DNA of 64,000 nt from Candidatus Eiseniibacteriota bacterium (GTDB taxonomy: Bacteria > Eisenbacteria > RBG-16-71-46), in assembly GCA_020847735.1 (NCBI GenBank), contig JADLBL010000023.1:144495-208494 (forward strand), written 5' to 3'. This document shows, piece after piece, positions 51,685 through 60,922 of the stretch. The notes beneath the pieces were generated by a model. That model was not told the origin of the DNA and searched no databases. It worked only from the letters and a program-made list of their open reading frames with translations. The position numbers were made by a program, and so were the translations under genes. Numbering within the stretch: the first letter of the stretch is position 1; each line of letters opens with the position of its first letter.

Positions 51685-54600
51685 TCAGAACTGCTGCTTC
51701 TTGTACGCGGGCCGTTCGGGACGGACGACCGGGTGCGCCTTGAGCTGCTCGAGCGACCATTCGATCGCCTTCTCGAGCTGCGGATCGTGGCCGCTGACCA
51801 TCGCCTCGGGCGTGTTGTCCACCTCGAAGTCGGGGTCCACGCCGTGGTTCTCGATCATCCACCTGCCCTCGGTGCTGTAGACGCCGAAGTCGGGCATGGT
51901 CACCACCCCGCCGTCCACCAGCGGCAGGCTGTGGCTGATGCCCACGAGCCCGCCCCACGTGCGCTTGCCGATGATGGGTCCGACACCCTTGAGCTTGAAG
52001 TAGTAGGGGAACGCGTCGCCGCCGGAGCCCGCATACTCGTTCGCGAGGATGCACTTGGGTCCGTCCACCGAAGTCTGCGGCGTGCGGAACGGCGCCATGT
52101 CGCGGTTCGACCAGTAGGTCCAGGTGGACTGCATGAGCTTCTCGACGAAGAAGTCGGGAATGAACCCGCCGCCGTTGAAGCGTTCGTCCACGATCATGCC
52201 GTCCTTGTGCACCTGCGGGTAATAGCCCTTGGTGAACTCCTGCATGCCCTCGATGGCGGTGTTCGGGACGTGGATGTAGCCGATCCTGCCGCCGGTCGCG
52301 GCCTGCACCTTGTCGTAGTTGGCGCGCACCCAGTCCACGTAGCGCAGCGACGCCTCGTTGCCGATCGGCTCCACGGTGTACGTGCGGGCCTTCGGGTCGT
52401 TCGCCGACGCGCCCACCTTGATCGTCGTCTGTTTGCCGACGGTGCCGATGAAGGCGGAGTAGACGTTCTCCGGCGCGCGCAGCGGGCGGCCGTTCACCTC
52501 GAGCAGCAGGTCACCGTCCTTCACGCCGATGCCCGGCTCGCCGAGCGGCGCGTCCACGCGCGAGTTCCAGTCGCGGCCGCGGTAGACCTTCGCGAACCGG
52601 TAAAGGCCCGTTCCGGCGTCGAACGAAAAGTCGGCCCCGAGCAGGCCGACGCCGACGCGCGGCACGCGCGGCATGTCGCCGCCGCCGACGTACGTGTGCG
52701 AGGTGGACAGCTCGCCGATCAGCTCGCCGAGGATGTAGTTGAGGTCCGAACGGTGCGCGACGTACGGAACGAGCTGGCGATAGCGGTCTCCGATCGCCTT
52801 CCAGTCGAGCCCGCCCATGCCCGGGTCGTAGTAGAAGTCGCGTTCGAGCCGCCAGGCCTCGTTGAACATCTGCATCCACTCCTGACGCGGGTCCACCAGC
52901 GCCATGAGCTGGTCCGTGGCGAGCTTGCCGTCGCCGGCCTTCTTGTCGGGGGCGACGTCCACGATGCCGACCTGGTCGTCCTTGCGGTACAGCACCTTTT
53001 CGCCGTCCTTCGACAGCGAGTAGCCGGCGTCCACGCCCGAGAGGACCGTCTTGTCCTCGCGCTTGTCGAGGTCGAAGTAGTGGAGGCTGCACGGCGCCTG
53101 ACCGTCCTCGTCGGGCGTCTCGTCGAACGACAGGTAGACCACCTTGCCCTTCGTGGCGGTCAGCGCGGTGTAGCGCCCGGCCGGCACCGGCAGCTCGGCG
53201 ACGCGCGATCCGAGCCCGGCGAGGTCGATCCGCATGCCGGGATCGGCCGCCTTCTCCTCCTTCGCCTTCGCGCCCTTGTCGTCCTTGCCCTTCGCCTTGT
53301 CGTCGGACTTCGCGGCCTCGCCGGGCTCCTCGTCGCTTTCGGGCGCGACCGGCGAGAGCAGCGAGTCCTGCAGCGACATCGCGTACAGCTTGTCGGTCGC
53401 CGTGAAGTGCATGTCGAGCTCGAACGTTCCGAACTGCGGCGTCAGCGTCCGACGCGAGATGAAGTAGAGGTACCTGCCCTCGGGATCGAACGACGGCGAG
53501 AAGTCGTCCGTCAGCCCGTCGGTCACCGGCGTCACCCTGCCGCTCTCGAGCGAGTAGAGCTGGAGGGTGCCGAAGCCGGCCGGGCTCGGCTTCATGTAGC
53601 AGACCCACTTCGAATCCTTCGACCAGCCGTACTGGAACAGCTCGCCGTATTCGCTCTTGTCCATCTGCGTGAGCTTGCCGCTCGCCACGTCGGTCAGCCA
53701 CAGGCGGCCGGTCTTGTCCGAGAACGCCAGCTTCTTCGAGTCGGGCGACCACTGCGGCCCGTAGCGGAACGTCGCGCCCTCCTTCGTGACCTGTCGCGGC
53801 GGCGTCTTGCCGTCGGCGCCGAGCACGTACCACTGGTACTCGCCCGTGGCGTCGGACAGGTAGGCGATCCAGCGGCCGTCGGGGGACCAGGCCGGATTGC
53901 GTTCGCGGGCGCCGGGGGTGTTGGTCAGGTTGCGCACGTCGCCCTTCTCGGCCGGCACGCTGAACAGTTCGCCGCGCGCTTCGAGCACCGCGCGCTTCGC
54001 CGAAGGAGAGAGGTCCATGCCGGTCAGCCAGTCGCCGACCCGGCGGTACTCGGCGCGCGTGGCCGGCTTGTCGTCGGGGACCTTCACCGAGAGCTTCGTG
54101 AGCTTCTCCGAGGGCAGGTCCATCACGTACAGCCAGCCGCCGTTCTCGAACACGATGGCGTCGCTGCCGATGCTCGGCCACTTCACGTCGTACTCGGTGA
54201 AGCGTGTGACCTGGCGCTGCGTCTTCTTGTCGAGGTCGTAGGCCCATACGTTGGCGGTGCGGCCGCCGCGGTCCGAGCAGTAGTAGAGCGTGCGGCCGTG
54301 GAACATCGGCCACTCGTCGGGCCCGTCCCAGTCCTTCGTGACGTTCTCCGAGGTGTTCCGCGCGAAGTCGTAGACCAGGATGTTCGGCGCGTTGCCGCCG
54401 CGGTAGCGCTTCCAGGTGCGGTTGTCGTAGCTCGGGCTGACGTAGGCGATGAGCTTCGCGTCGGCCGACAGGCTGGCGTAGCCGGCGGTCGGCAGCGCGA
54501 GCATCTCCTCGAAGCCGCCGGTGGCGGGCACCTTGAAGAAGCGCGTGAAGCGCTGGATCGAGGAGGCGCGCATCGAGCGGATCAGGATGGACTTTCCGTC

Positions 54601-54951
54601 GGGATACCACTCCGCGACCATGTCGGCGCCGGGGTGATAGCTCAGGCGAAGCGGCTCGCCGCCCACCGTCGGGACCGTGAAGACGTCCGTGTTGCCGTCG
54701 TACTCGCCGGTGAACGCGACCGTCTGCCCGTCGGGCGAGAACTTGGGGAAGGCCTCGACCCCTTCGTGGGTCGTGAGGCGCTGCGCCGTGCCTCCGGCGC
54801 GGGCCACGGTCCACAGATCGCCGGCGTAGACGAACACGATGCGGTCGCCCTGGATGTCGGGCATTCGCATGAGCCGGCATTCCTCGAGCGCGAGGGCGGG
54901 CGCGGCGCTCGCCACGAGGGCGAACAACACGAACAGCGAACGGCGGAGCAT
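51685..54951 (-). CDS. Tricorn protease homolog (S41-family C-terminal processing peptidase with TolB-like beta-propellers and PDZ)
   Basis: ATG at 54951 with GGGAGGA RBS and a signal peptide (MLRRSLFVLFALVASAAPALA). N-terminus MPDIQGDRIVFVYAGDLWTV... and the overall 1088-aa layout match tricorn protease. C-terminal S41 region GGGFIPDFF...GKRTWGGLVGIS. Confidence 0.85.
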   Translation of the reverse strand: MLRRSLFVLFALVASAAPALALEECRLMRMPDIQGDRIVFVYAGDLWTVARAGGTAQRLTTHEGVEAFPKFSPDGQTVAFTGEYDGNTDVFTVPTVGGEPLRLSYHPGADMVAEWYPDGKSILIRSMRASSIQRFTRFFKVPATGGFEEMLALPTAGYASLSADAKLIAYVSPSYDNRTWKRYRGGNAPNILVYDFARNTSENVTKDWDGPDEWPMFHGRTLYYCSDRGGRTANVWAYDLDKKTQRQVTRFTEYDVKWPSIGSDAIVFENGGWLYVMDLPSEKLTKLSVKVPDDKPATRAEYRRVGDWLTGMDLSPSAKRAVLEARGELFSVPAEKGDVRNLTNTPGARERNPAWSPDGRWIAYLSDATGEYQWYVLGADGKTPPRQVTKEGATFRYGPQWSPDSKKLAFSDKTGRLWLTDVASGKLTQMDKSEYGELFQYGWSKDSKWVCYMKPSPAGFGTLQLYSLESGRVTPVTDGLTDDFSPSFDPEGRYLYFISRRTLTPQFGTFELDMHFTATDKLYAMSLQDSLLSPVAPESDEEPGEAAKSDDKAKGKDDKGAKAKEEKAADPGMRIDLAGLGSRVAELPVPAGRYTALTATKGKVVYLSFDETPDEDGQAPCSLHYFDLDKREDKTVLSGVDAGYSLSKDGEKVLYRKDDQVGIVDVAPDKKAGDGKLATDQLMALVDPRQEWMQMFNEAWRLERDFYYDPGMGGLDWKAIGDRYRQLVPYVAHRSDLNYILGELIGELSTSHTYVGGGDMPRVPRVGVGLLGADFSFDAGTGLYRFAKVYRGRDWNSRVDAPLGEPGIGVKDGDLLLEVNGRPLRAPENVYSAFIGTVGKQTTIKVGASANDPKARTYTVEPIGNEASLRYVDWVRANYDKVQAATGGRIGYIHVPNTAIEGMQEFTKGYYPQVHKDGMIVDERFNGGGFIPDFFVEKLMQSTWTYWSNRDMAPFRTPQTSVDGPKCILANEYAGSGGDAFPYYFKLKGVGPIIGKRTWGGLVGISHSLPLVDGGVVTMPDFGVYSTEGRWMIENHGVDPDFEVDNTPEAMVSGHDPQLEKAIEWSLEQLKAHPVVRPERPAYKKQQF

Positions 54952-55248
54952 GTCGGGGATCCTCCCGGGGTCGCGAGGGAAGCTGGAGTGATGCGGCGTC
55001 AGCGCACGCACTCAGCGCCCGCCGCCTCCCCGCGGTCAAGCCGCCGCTCGCCAGCGCGGCGTCCGGCCCGCCGGGCGCGGCGCTGGTCCGCCGCGCCGGG
55101 TCCTCGCGGGTGGCGTGCGGGACGGGGGATTCCGGGGTGAAGCCGGCCGCGGTGAGGAGGGCACCGCCCCCTCAAGCGCCGCCCCGGGCGGACCGATAAC
55201 GCCGCGGACGGCTCACCTCCTCCTTCCGACAGGCACTGGGGACCCGGT

Positions 55249-57006
55249 ATGAAGGTCGGCACGCGCCCGGATCGGCACGGGCACGAGCGCGAACGCACCG
55301 TTTCGGACGCGACCCTCAAGGCGGCCGCCTGGTGGGTGGCGCAGTTCGCGCGCACCCTGAAGACCTGCCGGCTCTATGAAGCCGGCAACCCGACCGTGCT
55401 CAAGTTCCGCAACGAGCTGTCCACCGCGGCCTCGCGCCTGGTGCTGGATCACGGGGCGCTGACCCTGCGCTTCGAGTCGGCCGACGTGACGCTCGACGGC
55501 GAGTCGCTGCACCCGGCCCGCTCGCGCGACGACAACCTCGCGTACCCGTTCCATCGCGACGGCGTGCGCGGGCTGACGTTCAACCCCGGCGTGGACGCGG
55601 ACGACGTCAACGCGCTCGTGGACGCGGTGCTCGCCGCGACCGGTCCGAACCTCGACGATGGCGACCTCGTGACGCTGCTGTGGGAGTCGAACCTCCGGCA
55701 CATCGAGGTGGACTACATCCCGGCCGAGGGCGACGTCGGCGAGAGCGATGGCGAAGGGGGCGGCGCGGGCTCGTCGTCGGGCGCTGGCCCCGGATCCGGG
55801 CCCCTGCTGCCCTGGCCGACCGTCTCCTCCTCGGAGCCCGCGCCGTCGGCCGACGAAGCGCAGGCCGCGAAGGTGGAGGGCCGCGCCGAGGACTGGCAGC
55901 TCGGCGACACGACGGTCGAAGTCGAGGCCAGCTACGTCGAGCTCGACGCGATGGCCGCGGTCGAGGTCGAGCGTTTCCGCGCCGAGTACGAGCGCGAGCA
56001 CCAGGTGCCCGAGGTGACCGCGGCGGTCGCCATCGCGGCGGCCTGCCGGCGCGCGAACGCGAACGAGCACGACCGCACCGAGATCGGACAATTCATTCCC
56101 CGCGTCCTGCGGGCGGCACTCGGAGCGGGCGCGTGGGCCGACGCGCGCGGTTCGCTGCGCGAGTTGCGCGACGAGACGCTCGCGAACTGGTCCGAGGAAA
56201 CACTGCTCCAGGAGCTCATGCAGCCCGTCTCGATCCAGCGCACGGTCGAGAAGCTCGACGCGCAGGGCGATGCGGCGCTGGCCGAGTTCGTCGCCCTCGC
56301 GCAGGAACTGGGGGACGCCGGCGTGGACTGGCTGACGCTCGTGCTGTCGGAGAGCCAGGAGCGGGCGACGCGCCTCGCGCTCGCGCAATCGCTGGCCTCA
56401 CGCTGCCGCGAGAACCCCGAGCGCCTCGCCCCGTGGCTGACCGACGGACGCTGGTACGTGGTCCGCAACATCGTCCACATCCTCGGCTGGATCGGCGGCC
56501 GGGACGTGGTGAACCTGCTGGGCACGGCGCTGCGCCACCCGGACGCGCGCGTGCGCGAGCAGGCGATAGGCGCGCTCACGAACCTCGAACTCGCGCTGGC
56601 GCGCCCGCTGCTCGTCAAGGCGCTCGAGCGCGCCCCGACGACCCTGTTCTGCCAGATCCTCCACCAGCTCTCGGGCGAACGGGACCCGGCCACCGCGCGC
56701 TTCGTGTTCGCGTTCCTGCAGCAGGAGAAGTTCGCGACCCGGCCCGCCGAGGAACGCCGCGCGATCTACGCCGCGCTCGCCTCGGTGGGCGGCGACGAGG
56801 TGGCGAGCGACCTCGAAGCCGAACTGCAGCGCGCCAATTGGTTCGACAAGCAGATCGAGATCCACCGCCACAACGTGGCGCGCTGCCTGGCGCGCATCGG
56901 CACGCCGCGGGCGCTCGCGGCGCTCGAACGCGGCGCGCAGTCGAAGCAGGCGACCGTGCGCCAGGCCGCGCAGTCCGCGCTGGCGTGGCTGAGGGGTGCG
57001 GCATGA
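55249..57006 (+). CDS. HEAT-repeat (PBS-lyase-like) protein with N-terminal DUF3391-like domain
   Basis: C-terminal HEAT-like repeats (VVRNIVHILGWIGGRDVVNLLGTALRHPDARVREQAIGALTNL...). An acidic Gly/Ser-rich linker. The N-terminal approximately 100 aa resemble the N-terminus of the downstream HD-GYP protein. Its stop overlaps the next start. Confidence 0.65.
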   Translation: MKVGTRPDRHGHERERTVSDATLKAAAWWVAQFARTLKTCRLYEAGNPTVLKFRNELSTAASRLVLDHGALTLRFESADVTLDGESLHPARSRDDNLAYPFHRDGVRGLTFNPGVDADDVNALVDAVLAATGPNLDDGDLVTLLWESNLRHIEVDYIPAEGDVGESDGEGGGAGSSSGAGPGSGPLLPWPTVSSSEPAPSADEAQAAKVEGRAEDWQLGDTTVEVEASYVELDAMAAVEVERFRAEYEREHQVPEVTAAVAIAAACRRANANEHDRTEIGQFIPRVLRAALGAGAWADARGSLRELRDETLANWSEETLLQELMQPVSIQRTVEKLDAQGDAALAEFVALAQELGDAGVDWLTLVLSESQERATRLALAQSLASRCRENPERLAPWLTDGRWYVVRNIVHILGWIGGRDVVNLLGTALRHPDARVREQAIGALTNLELALARPLLVKALERAPTTLFCQILHQLSGERDPATARFVFAFLQQEKFATRPAEERRAIYAALASVGGDEVASDLEAELQRANWFDKQIEIHRHNVARCLARIGTPRALAALERGAQSKQATVRQAAQSALAWLRGAA

Positions 57007-58457
57007 GCGAGCCCGAAGGCGTCCCGGCCCCGGTTGACGAAACGGCGCAGCTCGCCGAGCAGGGCGCGGCCCTGCTCGTGCGGCTTTCGGCGCTGATGCG
57101 CACGGCACGGACCTACGACGTGTCGAACCAGGCGTTCCAGCGCCAGATGCGCGAGTTCATGGGCGTCATCCGCGGCCTGCTCGAGGACGCCGAGGAGGCG
57201 ACGCTCGTGGTCGTCGCGGACTACTTCTACCTGAACGGCGTGCGCGTCAAGGCGCGCGCCGAGATCCTCGGCGCCTACCACGGCCTGCTCGCCGACTTCG
57301 AGCGGCGGCAGGTGGGCGGGCTGCGGTTCCTGAACGCGCTCGAGGAAGCCGAAGTCGAGCGCTTCTTCCAGATCTTCCTCGCCGCCGAGGACCCGGCGCT
57401 CGCCGAGCGCCTGCCCGAGACCGTGCAGGAGGCCGCGGTCACGAACATCGCGATCGTGCCGGCCTCGGACCTCGAAGCCGAGGACCTCGGCCGCGAGCTG
57501 GCGAGCGAACCGAAGCACACGACCGAACGCCGCCGCGCGAAGAAGGTCTTCTGGCGCGCGATGATGGGCGCGAAGCGGATCGTCCTGAGGGCGCAGCAGA
57601 CCGGCCGGCCCGACCTTCGCCACGCCAAGCGTGTCGTGCAGCCGATCGTGGACAGCATCATGAAACAGGACTACTCGCTCGTCGGCCTTAGCGCGCTCAA
57701 GGACCACGACGAATACACGTACGCGCACTGCGTCAACGTCTCGGTGATGTCCATCGGCATGGGCCAGACGCTGCGGCTGCCGCGGCAGGCGCTCGCCGAT
57801 CTCGGCGTCGCCGGGCTGCTGCACGACCTGGGCAAGATGACCATTCCCGGAGAGGTGCTGCGAAAGCCCGGAAAGCTCGACGCCGAGGAGTGGACGCTCA
57901 TGCGACGCCATCCGATCGAAGGCGCGATCATGGTGTCGCGCATGCCCGGGCTGTCGGGGGTGATGCTCGACACGATGCGCGCCTGCCTCGAGCACCACAT
58001 GAACTACAACCGCACCGGTTACCCCGAGATCGACCTCGACTGGGGGCAGGCGACGGTCTCGCGCATCGTCGCCATGGCGGACTGCTTCGACGCCATCACC
58101 GCGCACCGCGCCTACGACACCCGCCCGCGCACCCCGTTCGAGGGACTGCAGCTGTTGCTCGGCCCGATTCGCGTGAACTTCGACCCGGCGGTGCTGTGGT
58201 CGCTGGTGCGCACGGTCGGCCTCTACCCGGCGGGAACGGTGCTGCAGACGGCGAACAACCACGTGGTGATGGTGATGAGCCCGAACCCGAAGGACGTCAC
58301 GCGCCCCAACTGCCGGGTGCTCGCGCGCCCCGACGGCACGGCGCCGCCCGACGACGCCCCGGAACTGTGGGAACCCATGCCGGAGTCCGAGCACGCGAAC
58401 CGCGTCCTCAAGCCCGAGGAGCACCGGCACGACACGAAGGAACTGCTCGCGGCCTGA
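57003..58457 (+). CDS. HD-GYP domain phosphodiesterase (putative c-di-GMP phosphodiesterase) with N-terminal DUF3391-like domain
   Basis: HD domain (YAHCVNVSVMSIGMG, LLHDLGKMTIP, HHMNYNRTGYPE). ATG overlaps the upstream stop (ATGA). 484 aa. Confidence 0.8.
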   Translation: MSEPEGVPAPVDETAQLAEQGAALLVRLSALMRTARTYDVSNQAFQRQMREFMGVIRGLLEDAEEATLVVVADYFYLNGVRVKARAEILGAYHGLLADFERRQVGGLRFLNALEEAEVERFFQIFLAAEDPALAERLPETVQEAAVTNIAIVPASDLEAEDLGRELASEPKHTTERRRAKKVFWRAMMGAKRIVLRAQQTGRPDLRHAKRVVQPIVDSIMKQDYSLVGLSALKDHDEYTYAHCVNVSVMSIGMGQTLRLPRQALADLGVAGLLHDLGKMTIPGEVLRKPGKLDAEEWTLMRRHPIEGAIMVSRMPGLSGVMLDTMRACLEHHMNYNRTGYPEIDLDWGQATVSRIVAMADCFDAITAHRAYDTRPRTPFEGLQLLLGPIRVNFDPAVLWSLVRTVGLYPAGTVLQTANNHVVMVMSPNPKDVTRPNCRVLARPDGTAPPDDAPELWEPMPESEHANRVLKPEEHRHDTKELLAA

Positions 58458-58515
58458 ACGGCGCCGCGACCGCGGACGAGAACCCGGACCGTCGGCGCTC
58501 GCGGGCCGCATGCGA

Positions 58516-58544
58516 AAGGGCGGTGCCGGATCGGCACCGCCCTT
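58516..58544. terminator. Bidirectional intrinsic terminator
   Basis: Perfect 13-bp stem AAGGGCGGTGCCG (loop GAT) CGGCACCGCCCTT, flanked by GTTT on the plus side and TTTC on the minus side. It sits between the convergent HD-GYP and secreted-protein genes. Confidence 0.6.
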
Positions 58545-58638
58545 CGCGTTTCAGTGAGACCACCGTGCGAGCCTGGACGCTCCCCGTTGTTCCAGCTCCA
58601 CCGCCGTGGCCCCACCGGTGTGGGGACGACGCCTCGCG

Positions 58639-59160
58639 TCAGTCCCTGTCGCAGTCGTCGCGGTCGTGGTCGCGCCAGTCGCGGTCGCGCCAGTCGCGAT
58701 CGCCGACGTCGTACCAGGAGCCGTCCGACCAGCTCATCGTGCGCAGGCACGGCCCGCCGCCGGCGTCGAACACCCGCGCGACCGCGGGGTGGCCGTCGCG
58801 CCAGCTGTGCTCGCGGCACGCGCTCAGCGACACGAACCACTGCCCGCAGTAGGGATCGAAGTACCGGTAACGCGGCGCGGGCGAGGCGTGAACGTAGTCG
58901 CGCGTGACGACCGGTGCGGAGTGCGCGTTCGAGACCGCGGCGCCGAGCAGGAAGCCGCCGATCAGGCCCGCGACCAGCGGGGCGGCGCCCGACTCGCGGA
59001 CGACGACGCGTTGTCCGTGACCGTTCCAGCGCGAGGTCGCGATCCGCTTGTAGCGGCCGTGGCCGTGGCCGGCGAACGCGGCGGGAGCGATCGTCAGCAG
59101 GGAAGTCGAGGCGAGCAGCGCGACCGCGAGGGTCCGGTGGAGCGGGCTGGGAAGCTTCAT
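58639..59160 (-). CDS. Secreted hypothetical protein with His-rich N-terminus, glycine-zipper segment and C-terminal RDW/Asp-Arg repeat tail
   Basis: ATG at 59160 with GGAGG RBS and a signal peptide (MKLPSPLHRTLAVALLASTSLLTIAPAAFA). GHGHG, GLIGGFLLGAAV, four Cys, and a C-terminal DRDWRDRDWRDHDRDDCDRD. Confidence 0.6.
   Translation of the reverse strand: MKLPSPLHRTLAVALLASTSLLTIAPAAFAGHGHGRYKRIATSRWNGHGQRVVVRESGAAPLVAGLIGGFLLGAAVSNAHSAPVVTRDYVHASPAPRYRYFDPYCGQWFVSLSACREHSWRDGHPAVARVFDAGGGPCLRTMSWSDGSWYDVGDRDWRDRDWRDHDRDDCDRD
58669..58698 (-). repeat. Tandem 15-bp direct repeat (2 copies) within the CDS, encoding RDWRD-RDWRD
   Basis: GTCGCGCCAGTCGCG occurs twice back-to-back on the plus strand. 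Confidence 0.7.
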
Positions 59161-59315
59161 GGCAATCCTCCGTTCGTCGGGTGGTGCGTCTTCGAAGCGG
59201 GAGGATTGCAGGCGGTGTGCCAGCGTCGGGCCATCGCGCCGGGACGTGATTTCACCGGGGTTTGCGCGCTTGGGGCGCGACTCATGGGGCCGGGCAGGCC
59301 CGGGCAACGACGAAC

Positions 59316-59339
59316 GGCTGTGGCGCCTGCGCCACAGCC
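59316..59339 (-). terminator. Terminator hairpin downstream of the blue-copper lipoprotein gene
   Basis: GGCTGTGGCGC..GCGCCACAGCC inverted repeat (10-11 bp stem) 25 nt after the stop codon. Confidence 0.45.
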
Positions 59340-59363
59340 GTCACACCCCGCCGCCGCGACTCG

Positions 59364-59759
59364 TCAGGGCCGCGTCACGGTGTGGTTCGTCATCGAGCTG
59401 GCGTTCACCCAGCGCACCACGCCGCCGGGTTTGATCGTCACCGAAGCGGGCGAGAACGTGAGCGTGTTCGACGGCCCGACGGTCACCAGGGCCGAGTCGT
59501 TCGCCGAGTTCGCGTCCACGACCACGGTGCCCGTCATCCCCGAGCTGCCGTGCGGTATGCAGTGGTAGGCCCACGAGCCGGCGGGGGTGAACACGAACGT
59601 CTGCGAGGTCCCGGTGGAAGTGAATCGCAGATCGAACGCCGGTCCGCCGCCGCCTCCTCCCGGATTCGTGGATTTCGACCCGCCGCCTCCGCAGCCGAGG
59701 ACGACGACCAGAGCGAGCGATGCGAGTGCGGCGAGGGCGAGTGCGACGCGTCGTTTCAT
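59364..59759 (-). CDS. Lipoprotein blue (type 1) copper protein, plastocyanin/azurin family, apparently circularly permuted
   Basis: ATG at 59759 with GGAGG RBS and lipobox (VVVLGCGGGG). The Cys-His-Met loop YHCIPHGSSGM occurs in the first half of the mature domain. A segment resembling the canonical N-terminal His-bearing strands (LTFSPASVTIKPGGVVRWVNASSMTNHTV) follows it. Confidence 0.7.
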   Translation of the reverse strand: MKRRVALALAALASLALVVVLGCGGGGSKSTNPGGGGGGPAFDLRFTSTGTSQTFVFTPAGSWAYHCIPHGSSGMTGTVVVDANSANDSALVTVGPSNTLTFSPASVTIKPGGVVRWVNASSMTNHTVTRP

Positions 59760-59848
59760 GCCTGCCTCCGGAGGTGTGCCTGCGTGCGGGGGACGCGGGA
59801 ACGGTCCGCAGGTGAGTACCGCCGGGAGTACGCGCGTTACGTGAATCT

Positions 59849-60043
59849 TCAGCTTCCGCGGCCCTTCTTGGCGGCCCGGCGGGCGACGTCGCCCGCCGGC
59901 AGCCGCCCTTCCTGCTGGAGCGCGCGGCGCAGCACGAACTCGAGCTGACCGTTCAGGCTCCGCAGGTCGTCCGCCGCCCACTTCTGCAGGGCGTTCAGGA
60001 CCGCCGGATCAATCCGCAGCAGGAAGGGCTTGCGATCCGCCAC
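59849..60043 (-). CDS. Arc/MetJ-type ribbon-helix-helix DNA-binding protein
   Basis: 64 aa. PFLLRIDPAVLNALQKWAADDLRSLNGQLEFVLRRAL matches the Arc-like RHH pattern. It lies 9 nt downstream of the SPFH gene on the same strand. Confidence 0.6.
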   Translation of the reverse strand: MADRKPFLLRIDPAVLNALQKWAADDLRSLNGQLEFVLRRALQQEGRLPAGDVARRAAKKGRGS

Positions 60044-60052
60044 GACTCCCTC

Positions 60053-60922
60053 TCACTGGTAGAGCGTGCCGGTGTTCACGATCGGTTGCGTCTCGTGCTC
60101 GCTGCACAGCACCACCAGCAGGTTGCTGACCATGGCGGCCTTGCGTTCCTCGTCGAGCTGCACGACGCCGCGCTTGGACAGCTCGTCGAGCGCCATCTGC
60201 ACCATGCTGACCGCGCCCTCGACGATCTTCGAGCGGGCGGCGATGACCGCGCTCGCCTGCTGGCGCCGGAGCATCGCGTTGGCGATCTCGGCCGCGTAGG
60301 CGAGGTGGCTGATCCGCGCCTCGATCACCTCGACGCCCGCCTTCTCGAGCCGGGCCTGGATTTCCTTCTTGAGCTCCTCGGCGACTTCGGCCGTGTTGCC
60401 GCGCAGCGACATCGCGCCCTCGACGTGCGAGTCGTAGGCGTGCGTCGTGGCCAGGTTGCGCAGCGCCGCTTCGCTCTGCACGTGCACGAAGTCGTCGTAG
60501 TTGTCCACCTGGAACACCGCCTCGGCGGTGTCCACGACCCGCCACACCACGACCGCGGCGATCTCGATGGGATTGCCCTCGTGGTCGTTCACCTTGAGCT
60601 TCGAGCTCTCGAAGTTGCGCACGCGCAGCGACACCTTGCGCTTGGCGGTGAACGGGTTGGCCCACCACAGGCCCGGGCGGCGTTCGGTGCCGACGTACTG
60701 GCCGAAGAGCGTGACGACGATGCCCAGGTTGGGGTCCACGACGAAGAACCCTGCGAACAGGATCATGTCCACGATGAGCGCGAGCATGAACGCGATCGCC
60801 AGCGGCGGCGAGTCCATGCGGGCGGCCCAGACGATGCCGCCGGCGCAGCCGATGAGCACCAGCGGCAGAAACACCAGCATCGCCATTCCGGAACTGAACT
60901 GCGTGAGCTTCTCGCGAATCAT
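60053..60922 (-). CDS. SPFH / band-7 (stomatin-flotillin-HflK/C) domain membrane protein
   Basis: Two N-terminal hydrophobic segments, then the SPFH core ([15 protein letters not shown]...[28 protein letters not shown]) and a C-terminal coiled coil. Confidence 0.8.
   Translation of the reverse strand: MIREKLTQFSSGMAMLVFLPLVLIGCAGGIVWAARMDSPPLAIAFMLALIVDMILFAGFFVVDPNLGIVVTLFGQYVGTERRPGLWWANPFTAKRKVSLRVRNFESSKLKVNDHEGNPIEIAAVVVWRVVDTAEAVFQVDNYDDFVHVQSEAALRNLATTHAYDSHVEGAMSLRGNTAEVAEELKKEIQARLEKAGVEVIEARISHLAYAAEIANAMLRRQQASAVIAARSKIVEGAVSMVQMALDELSKRGVVQLDEERKAAMVSNLLVVLCSEHETQPIVNTGTLYQ

Noticed and set aside
51733-55140. ORFs 51733..55140(+) and 52511..55039(-) overlapping the tricorn protease
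   Set aside because: Shadow ORFs. The tricorn frame has the signal peptide, propellers and S41 motifs.
59161-59363. Possibility that the blue-copper gene is a frameshifted fragment of a canonical two-half cupredoxin continuing downstream
   Set aside because: The downstream 200 nt has no cupredoxin-like translation in any frame. It contains a hairpin right after the stop, and the next gene's RBS and start follow. The gene has its own RBS and lipoprotein signal. The permutation hypothesis is therefore kept, but it needs structural confirmation.
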